64,000 bases of DNA. It comes from Guillardia theta CCMP2712. Lineage: Eukaryota > Protista > Cryptophyta. The notes under the pieces are model-generated. The model was not told where the DNA came from and searched no databases. It saw nothing but the letters and a program-made list of their open reading frames with translations. The stretch covers positions 492,822 through 556,821 of the forward strand of contig NW_005434640.1 of the NCBI RefSeq assembly GCF_000315625.1. The letters run 5' to 3'. Below, in pieces: positions 11,359 to 23,439 of this stretch. Within the stretch, counting starts at the first letter, position 1. Every line of letters begins with the position of its first letter. A program made the position numbers and the translations under genes.

Positions 11359-12265
11359 TTCGGAATTGTCTGATTCTACAGTCTTATATATTACCATCCT
11401 TCAACTCCTCCACGCTTTTCCTCTCCTTTCCATCTTCGCTTTTCCCTCGATTCCCTTCTCTCGTTCCCTTCTCGTCCCCTCGTGCATTGTTCCTCTCCTC
11501 CTCTCATCATCTTCTGCTCTCCTCCTCCTCTCCTCTCACCTCCTGGCTCAGCATCTTGCCCAGCTCCGCGAACGGCATGTACGAGTGCGCCGTTCTTGCA
11601 AACGCCATGGCGCCAAACGGGAAGGGCTTCCGAGGACCACCCATCAACACCCCAATCAACACCGGAAAATACAGGGGTACTGGGTGAAATCAGGAGGGGT
11701 TCTTGGCCCTCCAAAACGGAGGGTGGCAAATTTCATACCAGGGGTACATTCGTATGAAAAGACACCGGTACCTTTGTTACCTGATTTTTGACCACCTTAC
11801 ATAGCTACACCCCTCTTTTACTCGATGAAATCACCCCTACTCTAGAGTTTCGCTCTCACTACCCCTCCATTCGACCTAAGAAGTAGGGTAGGAGCAGCAG
11901 ATCGGTCGCAACCGCCATGGCACTTAAGGCCCTCCATGGCATGATCCATGGCATGATCCATGGCGCTGATCCTTGAAGGCTTGCAGGAAAGCATGAGATG
12001 AATCTCGAAACATGAGCTAAGGGAGTCAGTAACACTACCAGCTCCTACTAGCCGAGACAGACATCATCGACTTGCATTCAGAAATGGAGGAGTAATTTCC
12101 TCCCATAATGCCGCTCGTACAGCTTAAACCACTCAGACAGTCTTGTAGGACGGGGAGCTCGTTGGCGCCGTTCATGCTACAGGTCACAGATGACTGTCAT
12201 CTGTGAGCTCATCATGGCATGTCCTTGGACGAGTATGTCATGCCGGTCAACCCTCTGACTTAACA

Positions 12266-13050
12266 TCCTACAAGTCCGTCTCGTCCATCGTTGATCGCTT
12301 GGCTCGGAACAGCAACAATGGTGCATGTCTACCCTTATGGCGCCCAGGAGCAAGCATCGCTTTCCCTAGCAGAGCCTCCAGCTCCTCGGGTGCTTCATCA
12401 CCGACTACTCGCTCGCATCTCAGGGCCAGCTGGGGACTGATGGCCGTCAGCCTTAAGGCGTCAGGGATGTATGTACACCTCCATCTCAGTCGCCGACCTC
12501 GTTGCTCTCTCTCCCGCCTTCACTGCTCGCAGTTGTCGCTCACTGTGCTCGGCATGGTTCGCTCCTTCTGGACGCTGCTGCCCCTCAGCCGCACCTGGAG
12601 GGTCCCAGTGTCCTTGCTGGACCAGGACAAGCAGGGAATTGTTAGGGATTGACAACCCTGATGATCTACCTTGAATCTGAACTTGAGCCCACTTGCTGTC
12701 TTGCGTTAAGCAAGCAAACAGGAACCTCAACACGCTCGATGAACGTATAGAAAGTTAGGATAGATTTATCATCAAACCGACAGGATAAATCGGCTAGTTA
12801 ACTGAAGTATACGTAACCTCTCAAGTGACTCCTTTCAGGAATGAGCGGGCGAGGAACGAGGAGAAGTAGGAGGACCTTCGAGCAGATCGCCAGCGCTTCC
12901 TCTACCTCGTCCTCACCAACCGACGTGACGCGTACAGGATCTGAGGGCCCGATGACTCGGATCTGCTGGTCCGTCAGCTGGGCGGGCGACCCCCTGCGCC
13001 TCCTCGATTCTTCAATGCGGAGAACTGAAAGGAGGAACGAGATTTCATGC
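12266..13050 (-). CDS. Possible multi-exon hypothetical protein
   Basis: Several coding-looking stretches (QIRVIGPSDPVRVTSVGEDEVEEALAICSK; GLSIPNNSLLVLVQQGHW; LRCERVVGDEAPEELEALLG) with splice-like boundaries; no recognisable domain. Confidence 0.3.
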
Positions 13051-13384
13051 AGAGAAGGACCCCTCTTGTTACATCGATAGCCGCTCCGCAGGCCCCTTCC
13101 CCTCCTTCCTTCCTTTATCTCTACTATCTTTTTTCTCCCTCCCTCCCTCCCTCCCTCCCTCCAGTGGCCTTGTCCCCTCTCTTTCCCCTCCTCCTCCTCC
13201 TCCTCACCATCGTCGTCGTCGTCGTCGTCGTCGAGTTTGCACACATAGGAAAGTAATTTTAATTTGGTAGTAACTGGGACCTCTTGGTGTACTGCAATAA
13301 AAAAGAGTAAAGTTTAAAATGTTTTTATAGAGGAGAAAACAGAAATGGACAAAGCACGTTGGGCACAAGACAGAGAGGAGGAAG

Positions 13385-13490
13385 AGGGAGGGAGGGAGGG
13401 AGGGAGTGAGTGAGTGAGTGAGTGAGTGAGTGAGTGAGTGAGTGAGTGAGGGAGGGAGGGAGGGAGGGAGGGAGGGAGGGAGGAGGGAGG
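13385..13490. repeat. (GAGG)n-(GAGT)n-(GAGG)n compound microsatellite
   Basis: Directly visible. Confidence 0.9.
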
Positions 13491-13701
13491 AGGAACTTGA
13501 GCTAGAACGGGGTAGGATTGAGAACTGGATGGAGCAGCGAGTCAACATAGAAATCAGGGCAAACAGAGCAGTAAAGGAATCAAGTGGTGCCGTACCTATC
13601 GCTGAGAGGAGGAGGAAAAGGTTGTTGTTGTTGTTGTGATTGATACTGCAGGTGGATGGAGGCAGGAGGGTTCAGTTGAGTGACATGGAGGAAGTCCCAG
13701 C

Positions 13702-15704
13702 ATGAAGAGTCTCCTTTCCCCTTCCTCCAGGCGCAGGGAAAGCCTGAGGACGCTGCTGAGCGATGAGGCGAGCAGCCGCGAGGAGGAGATGGAAGGGCTG
13801 GGGCTGATGGCGATGTCGCTGGTGGAGGAGGATCATGGGGAGGAGGGAGGGGAGGGTCTCCCCTCGCACCTCTACATCCTCGTGCATGGCTTCAACTCCC
13901 GCGCCGAGCACCTCAACTACGTGGCCAAGGAGATGGCGAACAGGCTGGGGCCCTCGGCTGCGGTTTACAGCTCCTTCTGCAACGAAGCCAAGGTGCCCAA
14001 CTTCTTGTTCCACCCGACGCACGAAGGGATNNNNNNNNNNNNNNNNNNNNNNNNNNNNNNNNNNNNNNNNNNNNNNNNNNNNNNNNNNNNNNNNNNNNNN
14101 NNNNNNNNNNNNNNNNNNNNNNNNNNNNNNAGGGAGGGAGGGAGGGAGGAGGCGCAGGAGGAGGCGCAGTAGGAGGAGGAGGAGCTGAAGTTGTTCAGGG
14201 CTCGTGGCCGGGCTGATTCCCCTCACCTTCATGACAACCGCTACTCCTCATCTTGGAACGCAAGCGCTGCTTCCCAAGGCGCTGGAGAAGATGGTGACAG
14301 GGCTGGCGCTGTATGGCGGGAGGAGTGCGAAACAGGTAGAGGATGAGGATGAGGATGAGGATGATGATGATGACGCATGGCAGCTGTTCCTTGTCGACCA
14401 AGGTGAAAGAGTTGTGCATTACGCGAATGGAGAGAGCGAAGAAGAGATGTGAGTGAGGGCCTGCTGCTGCTGCTGCTGCTGCTTGTCCTCCGGTTGTGTC
14501 TGACATGTCAATAGCCGACGACTTGAGCGAAGAAAAGAGAAGAATGATATCAGCTTCAGCACTCGAAGCAGATCAGTGAGCTTCCTCTTCCTCTTTCTCC
14601 TGATCCTCCTCCTCCGCTTCCGCTTCCGCTTCTTCTTCTTGTCTTCCTGTACTCGCTCCCTCCCTCTCTCACCATAGGAGTCTGAGTTCCGTCAGGATGC
14701 GTCTGCTCGTCCTACCTCACCGACCTTCAGCCTCGGTGACGATCAGGTGGAGAGGGGAGGGGAGGGACAAGGAGATGCTTATTAGAGATGCAGGACGAAG
14801 CGAAGGAGGAGGCAACAGAAGGAGGAGGTGAGAGGGTGTGGGCCTGCTGACAAGTTGACGATGGATATCAGACGAGACCAACGAACAAGCCTGCTCCTCC
14901 CAGGTGCTCCACCACCACCACCACCTCCTACTCCTCCGCTCCTGCTCCTCCTCCTCCTGCTCCTCCTGCTCCTGCTCCTGCCCCTCTTCCATCATTCTTG
15001 TCTCTTCCATCTTTTGCTTCCTGATTCTCCTCTTCCTCTCCCCCTCTCCTCGTGTCTCTAACTTCCGGCAGCAGGCGAAGAGGATCAAGGTGCCTGTGCT
15101 GGAGGGTCAGGCAGGAAGTGACGGCAGGGCGGCAGGGGATCAGGCGTTCCTTCTTGGGTCAGCTTCTCTTCGGGAGCGTCTCCTCCACTCCTTCCTCTCC
15201 CTCCCCCTCCTCTCCCTCCCCCTCCTCTCCTTCTCCCTCCTCCCCCTTCCCATCTCGCCTTCAGCACAGGAGGAGCCAGGAGTCGGTGAAGCAGTGGGGG
15301 GTCAAAGATTTCTTCAGGGACAAAATCAGCCCCCGATCCTCGAGGAGGAAGAACAAGTCTGCCGTCAACCTTGACTTCCTCAAAGACCTCCAAGTCGCCT
15401 CCTCTTCCCCCTCCTCCTCCTCCTCTTCCCATGCCGACGCCTCCCAGCACCCGCTCTCTCCGCTCAGGACCAAGAGCTCCTCCGAGGGGCTACCGGGGAG
15501 CGAGGCTCATGCTGACGAGTTGGAGGAAGAGTACCTGCGGAGCTGCTTGGGGGGAGAGGAGTTTGAAGGTGAGCGAGAGAGAAGGAGACGAGGGGGTGAG
15601 AAAGGGAAGGGAAGGAGGAGGAGGAGGAGGGGCGGCGGAGGGAGGGAAGGACTTGAAGGGTTGGGGGAAAGGGAAAGGAAGAGAAGGAGGAGGTGGCTGT
15701 AGTG

Positions 15705-15762
<58 letters not shown>

Positions 15763-16846
15763 AAGGAGGAGCAGGAGGAGGAGCGGTAGGAGGAGCAGAA
15801 GGAGGCGGTGGTGGTGGTGATGGTGGTGGTGATGGTGGTGGTGATTGTGGTGGCGGTGGAGAAGGAGGAGAAGAACCTGATTCAGTTCCCTCAGATTTCC
15901 TTGCGAGGGAGGAGGAACACGAGCTCTCCTCCTTCTCCCAACGGCTGACTTTCCTCCGAGACCAGCACCGTCCCCTCCTCCTCGAGATGACGACCGACGA
16001 CACTCTTCCCTTCCTCTCCGCTCTCCGCGCCTTCAAGCATCGCGTGCTCTACGGCAACACCTGTAACGACTTTCTCGTCCGCTACCCCACCGCCATGATC
16101 GCTTCGTCCTTCCTCCCCCGCTGGCAGATGTTCAACCCTGTCTCCCACAAGTATCCCCACGTGATTCACGACTCCCTTGAAGAAGTCTTCATATGGCCTC
16201 CTCCTCCTCCTTCTCCTCCTCCTCCTGCCGCTACCGCTGGTGCTGGTGCTGCTTCAGATGCGTCTCCCTCCTCTCCTCCTTCCCCCTACTTCCTAGGAGA
16301 CCCCAAGGAGAAGGAAATTCAAGCGATGCTAGAGAATCTCTCGCAGCTTTCATGGAGGAGGATCAGCGCGGTGAAATTCCTCCCTTCCCTCTTCCTTTTC
16401 TCCCCTCCCCCCTCCCCCTTTCGCTTCCCTCTGGTTCCCTCAGCTTCTCTTCCTCTCACTGGGCCTGCAGAGGTTCGAGCGAACCATCAGGGTCGGTGAC
16501 AGTCAGCGTCCTCTTCCTGGTTTCCTCTCCAGCTTCGCCTTGGATGCTCACAACCGACTCCCAGTTGTCAGGCATGAACCTTCTCTCCTCCCCCCTCTTC
16601 CTACTCCTGCTCCTGCTCCAGCTCCTGCTCCAGCTCCTGTTCTGCTCCTGCTCTTGCTCTCCGTTTCCTCAACGTCTTCATCTTCTTGCCTCTCTTCTGC
16701 GTGAGTTCTCCCTCGCCTTCAGTTTGATTCTCGTCCCTCGCAGGCCCTTCATGGACGGGGACGGGAAGGACACGGTGAAGCACATCTGCGACATCTGGAT
16801 GGAGCATGCGATGCGAGCGGGAGATGACGAGCTTCAGCATGAATGA
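13702..16846 (+). CDS. DUF676 putative serine esterase/lipase (alpha/beta hydrolase), multi-exon, interrupted by an assembly gap
   Basis: HLYILVHGFNSRAEHLNYV; PLTFMTTATPHLG; FLSALRAFKHRVLYGNTCNDFLVRYPTAMI; LSQLSWRRI; DAHNRLPVV|RPFMDGDGKDTVKHI. The nucleophile GxSxG is not visible and probably lies in the gap at 14031-14130. Start is approximate. Confidence 0.8.
14031..14130. other. Assembly gap (N run)
   Basis: 100 N. Confidence 1.
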
Positions 16847-16908
16847 CAGCCCCCTCCCTCCTCCTCCTCCTCCTCCTCCTCCTCCCAGTCAAGTTAGAGT
16901 TTATTTCC

Positions 16909-18912
16909 TCACGCCCTATTCTTTCTTCTCTTTCCCCTGGCTTTTTCTTCTGCTTCCTCTTCCTCCTCTTCCCCCTCTCCTTCAGCCGCGAGCAGCGACT
17001 TGATAGGCTCGAATGTTTTACGGTGAATCGGACAAGGGCCATGCTGCGCTATCGTCAGACATATCTCCCCCTCCTGCCTCTCACTCTACCTGCCTCCTCC
17101 TCCTGCCTCTCACTCTACCTGCCTCTCCCTCCTCCCTCCTTCTGCCCCCCCTCACCCCCCCCCTGTTCTTGCGCTCTGCTTCCTCCAGTACCTTGCTGAT
17201 AGCAGCGACGTGTCGGCTCGTGCCGTATCCCTTGTGCTGCCTCGGTGTCAGCGAGTCACCCGCACGTCCCTCCTGACCTGAGCGAAGTCGTAGACGGGCC
17301 AGCGCTCGTGATGCTCCTTCATGATGCGATCTCGCGTGACCTGCACATACTGAGGAACGGGAAGGAGGTGCGGGTGAGGGAGTAGGGGGCAGATAAGAGG
17401 GAGGAAGAGAAGGGGAAGGGAGGGAGGGGAGAGGAGGAGGTAGATGGAGGGAGAGAGGGGAGAGGAGGAGGTAGAGGGAGGGGAACGAGGGAGAGAGGGG
17501 AGAGGAGGAGGTAGAGGGAGGGGAACGAGGGAGAGAGGGGAGAGGAGGAGGTAGAGGGAGGGGAACGAGGGAGAGAGGGGAGAGGAGGAGGTAGAGGGAG
17601 GGGAACGAGGGAGGGAGGGGAGAGGAGGAGGAGGAGGAGCGAACTTCGCCTCCCCTCACCTTGGCGATAATAGAAGCAGCAGCAATCGCCATGCACTAGG
17701 AGAAGAGGTTAGACAGCGAAGGTGAAGGCCAAGGGATTGCACCTTACTGTCTCCTTTTACGATGGCCTGAGAAGGAGCTGAGAGGTCGGACGGGCATCTG
17801 TAACACACCATCATCATCCTCTTTATCCTCCTCCTCCTCCTCCTCCTGCTTCCCGCTCTCCTCCTCCCCTTCGTTCAACCACCACCAGGTCTCTCCACAT
17901 CGAGCACTTTGCTGTGACACTGACCTGTTTCCATCTACCAGCACAAAGTCAGGTGGTTCCTCCAGCTGCTTCACGGCCGAGGACATGCCGAGCATGGTCG
18001 CTTGGAGGATGTTGATCTCGTCGATGACCTCGTGCTCTATGACGCTCACCTTACACCCTCGTCAGTTCCTCCCTCGCCGCCATGCTCCTCTCCTCCCACC
18101 CCGATGGTCACTTTCTTGCTCTGCGTCAGAGTCTCGTAGCACGCCTCCCTCTGTGCTCCAAGACCATGTCAACGACGAGAGGTGGGAGGGGACGAGGAGA
18201 GGCAGAGGGGACGAGGAGAGGCAGGAGGGGACGAGGAGAGGCAGAGGGGACGAGGAGAGGCAGGAGGGGACGAGGAGAGGCAGGAGGGGACGAGGAGAGG
18301 CAGGAAGGGACGGACCTCCTCTTCCGTCATCTTCTTGCTGTCTTTGATGCCTCGCAGCATTTCCTCCTCCTCTGCCGGTAAGATCACAGCCGCCGCTACC
18401 ACTGGACCCGCCAACGGCCCTCTGCCGGCTTCATCAACTCCCGCGACTCTCTTGAATCCTTCCTGCCACAGAAGTTGCTCGTGTTCCCTGCTAGGGCACT
18501 TGGAAACAACGATCCTGTTCACCCTAGAGCAGACCGTCTCCACCAACCCATTGTCACTCCCCCTCAGCTTCTGTGCAGCCACGACCTTCGATATCGATGC
18601 TCCTACCTCTCTCTTCTTGCGCTTTGAAGGTTCTTTGGTGGCACCAGCGTCGGAGCCTCTTGTCTTCTCCTGCTCCTTCGTTCCAGCATTCAAGCTCTGC
18701 TTTCCTCGCGGCGACCTCCTCAGAGCATGGCTTCTCTCGGCGTCGAGAGGTTCTTTCTCCGTCCCTCGCGGCAATCTTCCTTTCCTCCTCCCTCCCCTTG
18801 GCCCCTCATCATCATCTTTCGCTTCATCGCGTGTTCTTCCCTTCAAGCTGCTTGTTTCCGGTCCTCCTCTCCTCTCCTCCTCCTCTCCCCCCTTCCGTTT
18901 CCCTGCCGCCAT
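16909..18912 (-). CDS. rnhB: Ribonuclease HII, bacterial-type, with long basic N-terminal extension
   Basis: [54 protein letters not shown]|[12 protein letters not shown]|[28 protein letters not shown]; stop at 16911-16909. Confidence 0.95.
17420..17640. repeat. ~40-bp polypurine minisatellite inside an RNase HII intron
   Basis: gagggagagaggggagaggaggaggtagagggaggggaac repeated about 5 times. Confidence 0.85.
18187..18305. repeat. 19/20-bp (39-bp dimer) tandem repeat inside an RNase HII intron
   Basis: aggggacgaggagaggcag(g) repeated about 6 times. Confidence 0.85.
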
Positions 18913-20827
18913 TCTCCTATCTGCCCCTCATCCAGCCCCCCACCGACACCATCCGGGCCGGGTCCGCCCCCCCGGTCACGGTCAACGGCGGCCTATCACC
19001 TCCGAACCGTTGCGAGCTTGCGATCCGACCGCTCAGGCCCCGAGGTTCTTATTACTTGATAAATAAGGATACTCGGAGTTTACCGCGAGGGTACGTGACC
19101 CGATGGACCGGAAGGTCCGCGGTCACGGTTTTATTTACAAACTCCGAGGAGTCAGTTTACTCAACTTTGATGAGTAAACCCTTACAACTGACGCGCTACT
19201 TTTACTCAACTCTCCGAGTCTCTGACCGCCTCTCACTTTATAATTAGTTTTTCGGAGTAGAGGCTGGACGGCCCTCATCCCACCTCATTCCCAATGTATC
19301 GGTACCTGATTCTGGTACCGATTGGGCGGCCCGCACAACCGAAACCGAAACGGGGAAGCAGAATTTTCTTTTTCCCCTCCCCAGGCTCCTCCCGTACCCC
19401 AACCTACCTTGTGCCTCCTCTCACTCCCTCTCCTCCCTCCCTCCCTGACACGCCTCCCCTGGCCTCTTCCCTTCCTCGGCCTCACCTTTCCTCGCTTCGC
19501 CTCTCTCCCCCCTTGCTTCCTTTCGCACCTTCCCGTCCCTCTCCTCGCTGAGGCTCGGGAAAGTGAATCTTTCCTCCCTTCTCGACCTTTAGCCTTGCCT
19601 ACCAGTCTAGCCTCACCTCCTCTAACTTCACTTTCCCCAGCCTCGCCTCGCCTGATCTGTGTCCCTCCTCGTCTCTTCTTGCCCTTGCTCGTCTCACTAT
19701 CCCTTTCACCCCTGAGTCGCTGCCCCCTCTCGCTTCCTGTTGCTCCGAGTGCAATGCTTCCTCCTTGTCCCACGTATCCCTTGCCACTCCTCCCCTGTGT
19801 ACTAGGCTCGCTCCAGTGTCCTGCACACCCTCATTCCTCCATTGTTCTCCTGCATCTTTTTTTACCGCACTGGCATCGCCGCATTACACTCGCAGGTTCG
19901 ATGCTTTCTTTCACTTTCTTCTCATTCTGCCTACTGTCCCTTCTCCTCTCCAAACATCTGGCAACCTCCCTCCCTTACCGCTTGCGCTTTCATGCTCTCC
20001 TATTTTACCGCTTGCTTGTACGGATGCTCGGTCCCTCGTTGGTTCTCTTCTCACCCTGTAGTCTCGGAGTCTTGCGCCGCTCTGCCATGAGCTCAGATGT
20101 AGGGAAGCAGACGAGTCGGTCGCTCGGCATCAACGACTATGAGGAATCTTACCTCATCGGCCCCGCAAGACTTCGCCGCTTGCATCGTCAGCAAAGTGAT
20201 TCCGCTGTTGTCTCTGCCCTCCATTATTCCCACTCCTTCTCCCTCTGACCTCCTCCCCTCCTCCTCCCTGCTTTTGACTTCATTCTCGCACTGCTTGTCA
20301 TGCCTGCTGTGTCACGTCCATGGGTCAGATGCCTCTTCTTGTTGAGTGACTATGCACTTGTCGAAGTGAAATCTGTGAAAGCGAGTGCTGGTGATGTCCA
20401 TTGAATGGTTATGAGTCAGAGAGGAGGACGACGACGGGCTTTCAGCAGCTCAACACATATACTCGATCGACCTGACTAAGTCGCCAACGAATTTAGCAGG
20501 CCCAACCAGCCATTTCACATGAAGTCCAATAGGCGTTTTACCGCTCGAAAGCTGACAGAAGCCTCGCCAATGTAACCTAGAAGATACGAAAGGAGATCTA
20601 CATGTATGACCTAGTTAGATATGACCATACTGTTTGATAGGGCTACTTTTGATTCCTAACAAAGAAACTCTGTTCGAAGATGAACAAGCTTGTTTTCGTT
20701 TGCAAAAGCATTAGCATATGATGAAAAATACATGTTAACTATCTGATCAGTAGCTTGAATTGCTTTACAAGCAGGAAGAATAGGATAAAATTTGATACCC
20801 ATTGCAGTGTAAGTTCATTACAGCTTA

Positions 20828-21964
20828 TCAAGGAATAGATCCGTGCTGCCTTTCCATCTCCCTACACTCCCACAGCATCTCAACGCTCTCAAACAGCTCC
20901 CCATCACGCCCTGTCACTGCAGCCCCTCCGTACACAGACATGCTGTGCTCCGGCGGGCACCAACTCCCCAGCCCGTCCTCGACGGATAATCCCTCCAGGT
21001 ACTCCTCGATGTCGACCGGAGCTATCCCCGACGACACGAGGTCATCCAGCACGGCGTCGATCCCGTCCCTCGCTCGCTCCTCCTCGTGTGAGACCGGGGG
21101 GGTCGTCCTTGCGCCCTCCATGCCGGGGAAGAACGAGCTCGGTCCCTGCGCCATCTGCTCCACGTCGTCCTCGTCGACGTCGACGTCCTCGTCCTCGTTG
21201 TCGTGGTTGTGGGAGGTGCAAGCATGGCCGTCCTCTGCAGCGAGCTTGTCCCCGTGCCCGAGGCCCGCGCGAGAGGCGTCGACGTCCAGCGGCGGCGCTC
21301 CGTTAGCGAACGCCTCCCACCGGCAACGCGCCTGCTGGCAGAGGTCCAAGAAGCGATCCAACGGACACTGCGTCGCCAAGAAGGGCCCCGCGTTGCTGAC
21401 CAGCAGCTCCCAGCCCTCCACCAGCCGCGCTCGGTCCTCGGGGAGAGCGGGGTTCCTCCACCTCCGCGCGGCGTACATGTAGCGTACTGGCGACAAGAGC
21501 AGGCGAGTCAGCTGAGCCATGAGGGACGGGACAACAAAGGCGAGGAGAGGAGAGGGAGCAGACGACTCACCCCTGGGCGTCCAGTCGTCGTGTCGGTCTA
21601 GGAAGGACCGCCTGGACCTCACCTTGTAGAAGCCGTTGTGCTCCAGGAGCTTGTTGAACTCGATCTCCGTCATGCCGTGGCGAGCGCTCAAGGGGTCTTC
21701 GCTCCTGGTGGCCGTGGGGCAGCAGATCTTGAGCAGCGAGTAGACGGAGCAATAGCCGCTGCGGCAGACGTAGGAGGAGGGGCCGGCGTGAGCGAGCACC
21801 TGGAGGGCAGGAGAAGGACCCAGACTCTCGCTTCACCTGCTCGTACGCTATCTTGAACATGAGCCGAGTAAGGAAGACCGGATGTCGGGTGTGGAAGTAC
21901 GTACCGTGTTGGCGAAGGTGAGTCCGATGCGTTTGTTGTAGTCGGAAGCGGAGGGACGGACCAT
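20828..21964 (-). CDS. Unknown protein, copy A of an inverted duplicated pair
   Basis: MVRPSASDYNKRIGLTFANT|VLAHAGPSSYVCRSGYCSVYSLLKICCP...FNKLLEHNGFYKVRSRR...WTPR|YMYAARRWRNP... with canonical introns and an acidic C-terminal region. Confidence 0.7.
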
Positions 21965-23439
21965 GAATTGTGCGATGTGCAACGTTGGGAGCAGTTCGAA
22001 GTTTATCAGAAATGGTTTGGAGCTGGAACGGGGATTTGAATCAAGGATAATCAAAACACGGATGTCTATCTGCAACAAGTGGCGTGATGGGAATCTAGCG
22101 CTCACAAGGGTAGGGAAAGCACAGAACGCAAGCTCAAGAATGGTTTCTAGGTCAGAGGCCTTTCCAACAATAGCAGAGATGATTGGAGTCGGAAGCAGAG
22201 CAACACAGCAAGCACAGTAAGAGCAGGAGGTACAGGAGGCACAGGGAGAGAGCGGACAGAGCCTGGAGGCAGAGGAGCAAGTTGAGGCAGAGGAGGCAGA
22301 GGAGGCAGAGGAGGCAGAGGAGGCAGAGGAGGCAGCGGGTGAGGTTGGGGAGGGAAGGAGAACGTTTTATTTCTTTGAGAATTCTCTGCTGCGGGGGTAG
22401 GGTTAATTTCTTTTTAGCACAAGGGGTGGTAAGGGGTATCGATTGGGGTGGTGAAGGTAAAGAATTTTTTTGCGTAGAGGGGTGCAGGGGTCCCTGCCTC
22501 ATCATGATTCAACTACCCCTTCATTGCCACGATACAGAGGGGTAGGGGTTAATTGTGTCGACGTCGCCACCGTCGGTTGTAAATATGAAGAAGGAATTCA
22601 AGGGGTGGGGGTGGTACTCTTTCAGAAAGGGGGTGGGTGGAATGGTACTGCACGAAAGAGACCCAATCGTAAAGAGTGGTGGTACGTTGTATTGTCAGGG
22701 GTGTGGTGGTTGGTCAAAAGTATGTAGTAAAGATGGTTTCGTGACCGTTGGACGATGACCCCTCCCAAAGATTCTCAGAAGTACCCCTCCTTATCGAGCC
22801 TCTGCGGTAGAAACATGTCGGTCAGCAGGTGGCGGAGGCGAGTCGGTTTTAATGGCCATGTGCCGGTAATCAAATATTAACTTATCATCAGCAGTACAAA
22901 GACTTGTACCGGGATCTGAGAATTTGAGTAATTTTTAAAAGTTTTGGAGGTGCGGAAGCTCAACTTTACACTTCTCGCCGGATCTCCGGGTTCGGACTGC
23001 CAAAAAGACCCCCGGGGGGGTCAGGGGTCTGACCCGGCGGAAAATGGGGTTTAAGGGGTACCGACTGCGCAATCCGGAGTTTTTAATTAGGAGGTTATAA
23101 AGGCCCTCGTGACTCATAAAACGTTGCGATCTCTCATCACAACTCCGATTTCCGTTTGGTTTCGGCGGTTGGCCGATACAAGTACCCCACCCCTGAAATG
23201 GATCGCAGTAAAGAAGGGGTACTCTGAGGAGTCCGGGATCTCTTTTTTTTCTTTCTTTTCCTCTCACCTCAGAGTATGAGGAGACAACTGCTCGTTCCAC
23301 CCTGCTCATCCCCCCCCGCCCCGCCCCCCCCGCCCCTCACTCTTCTTCCAACGACTCTGCAGCGCCACCGCTGCTGTAGAGCTCGATCCCCCCGTTGCCT
23401 CATAGCACACCTCTCTGCTACAGGCGAATACCTCCATCC

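Noticed and set aside
11917-11972. Short CCATGGCATGAT tandem repeat (also a 25-bp duplication at ~58585-58632 and a 31-bp one at ~38320-38382)
   Set aside because: Ordinary local slippage duplications with no evidence of function.
22900-23250. Possible transposon between the inverted gene copies
   Set aside because: The flanking cgggatct motifs are direct rather than inverted, no TSD was found, and no transposase-like ORF exists in the window.
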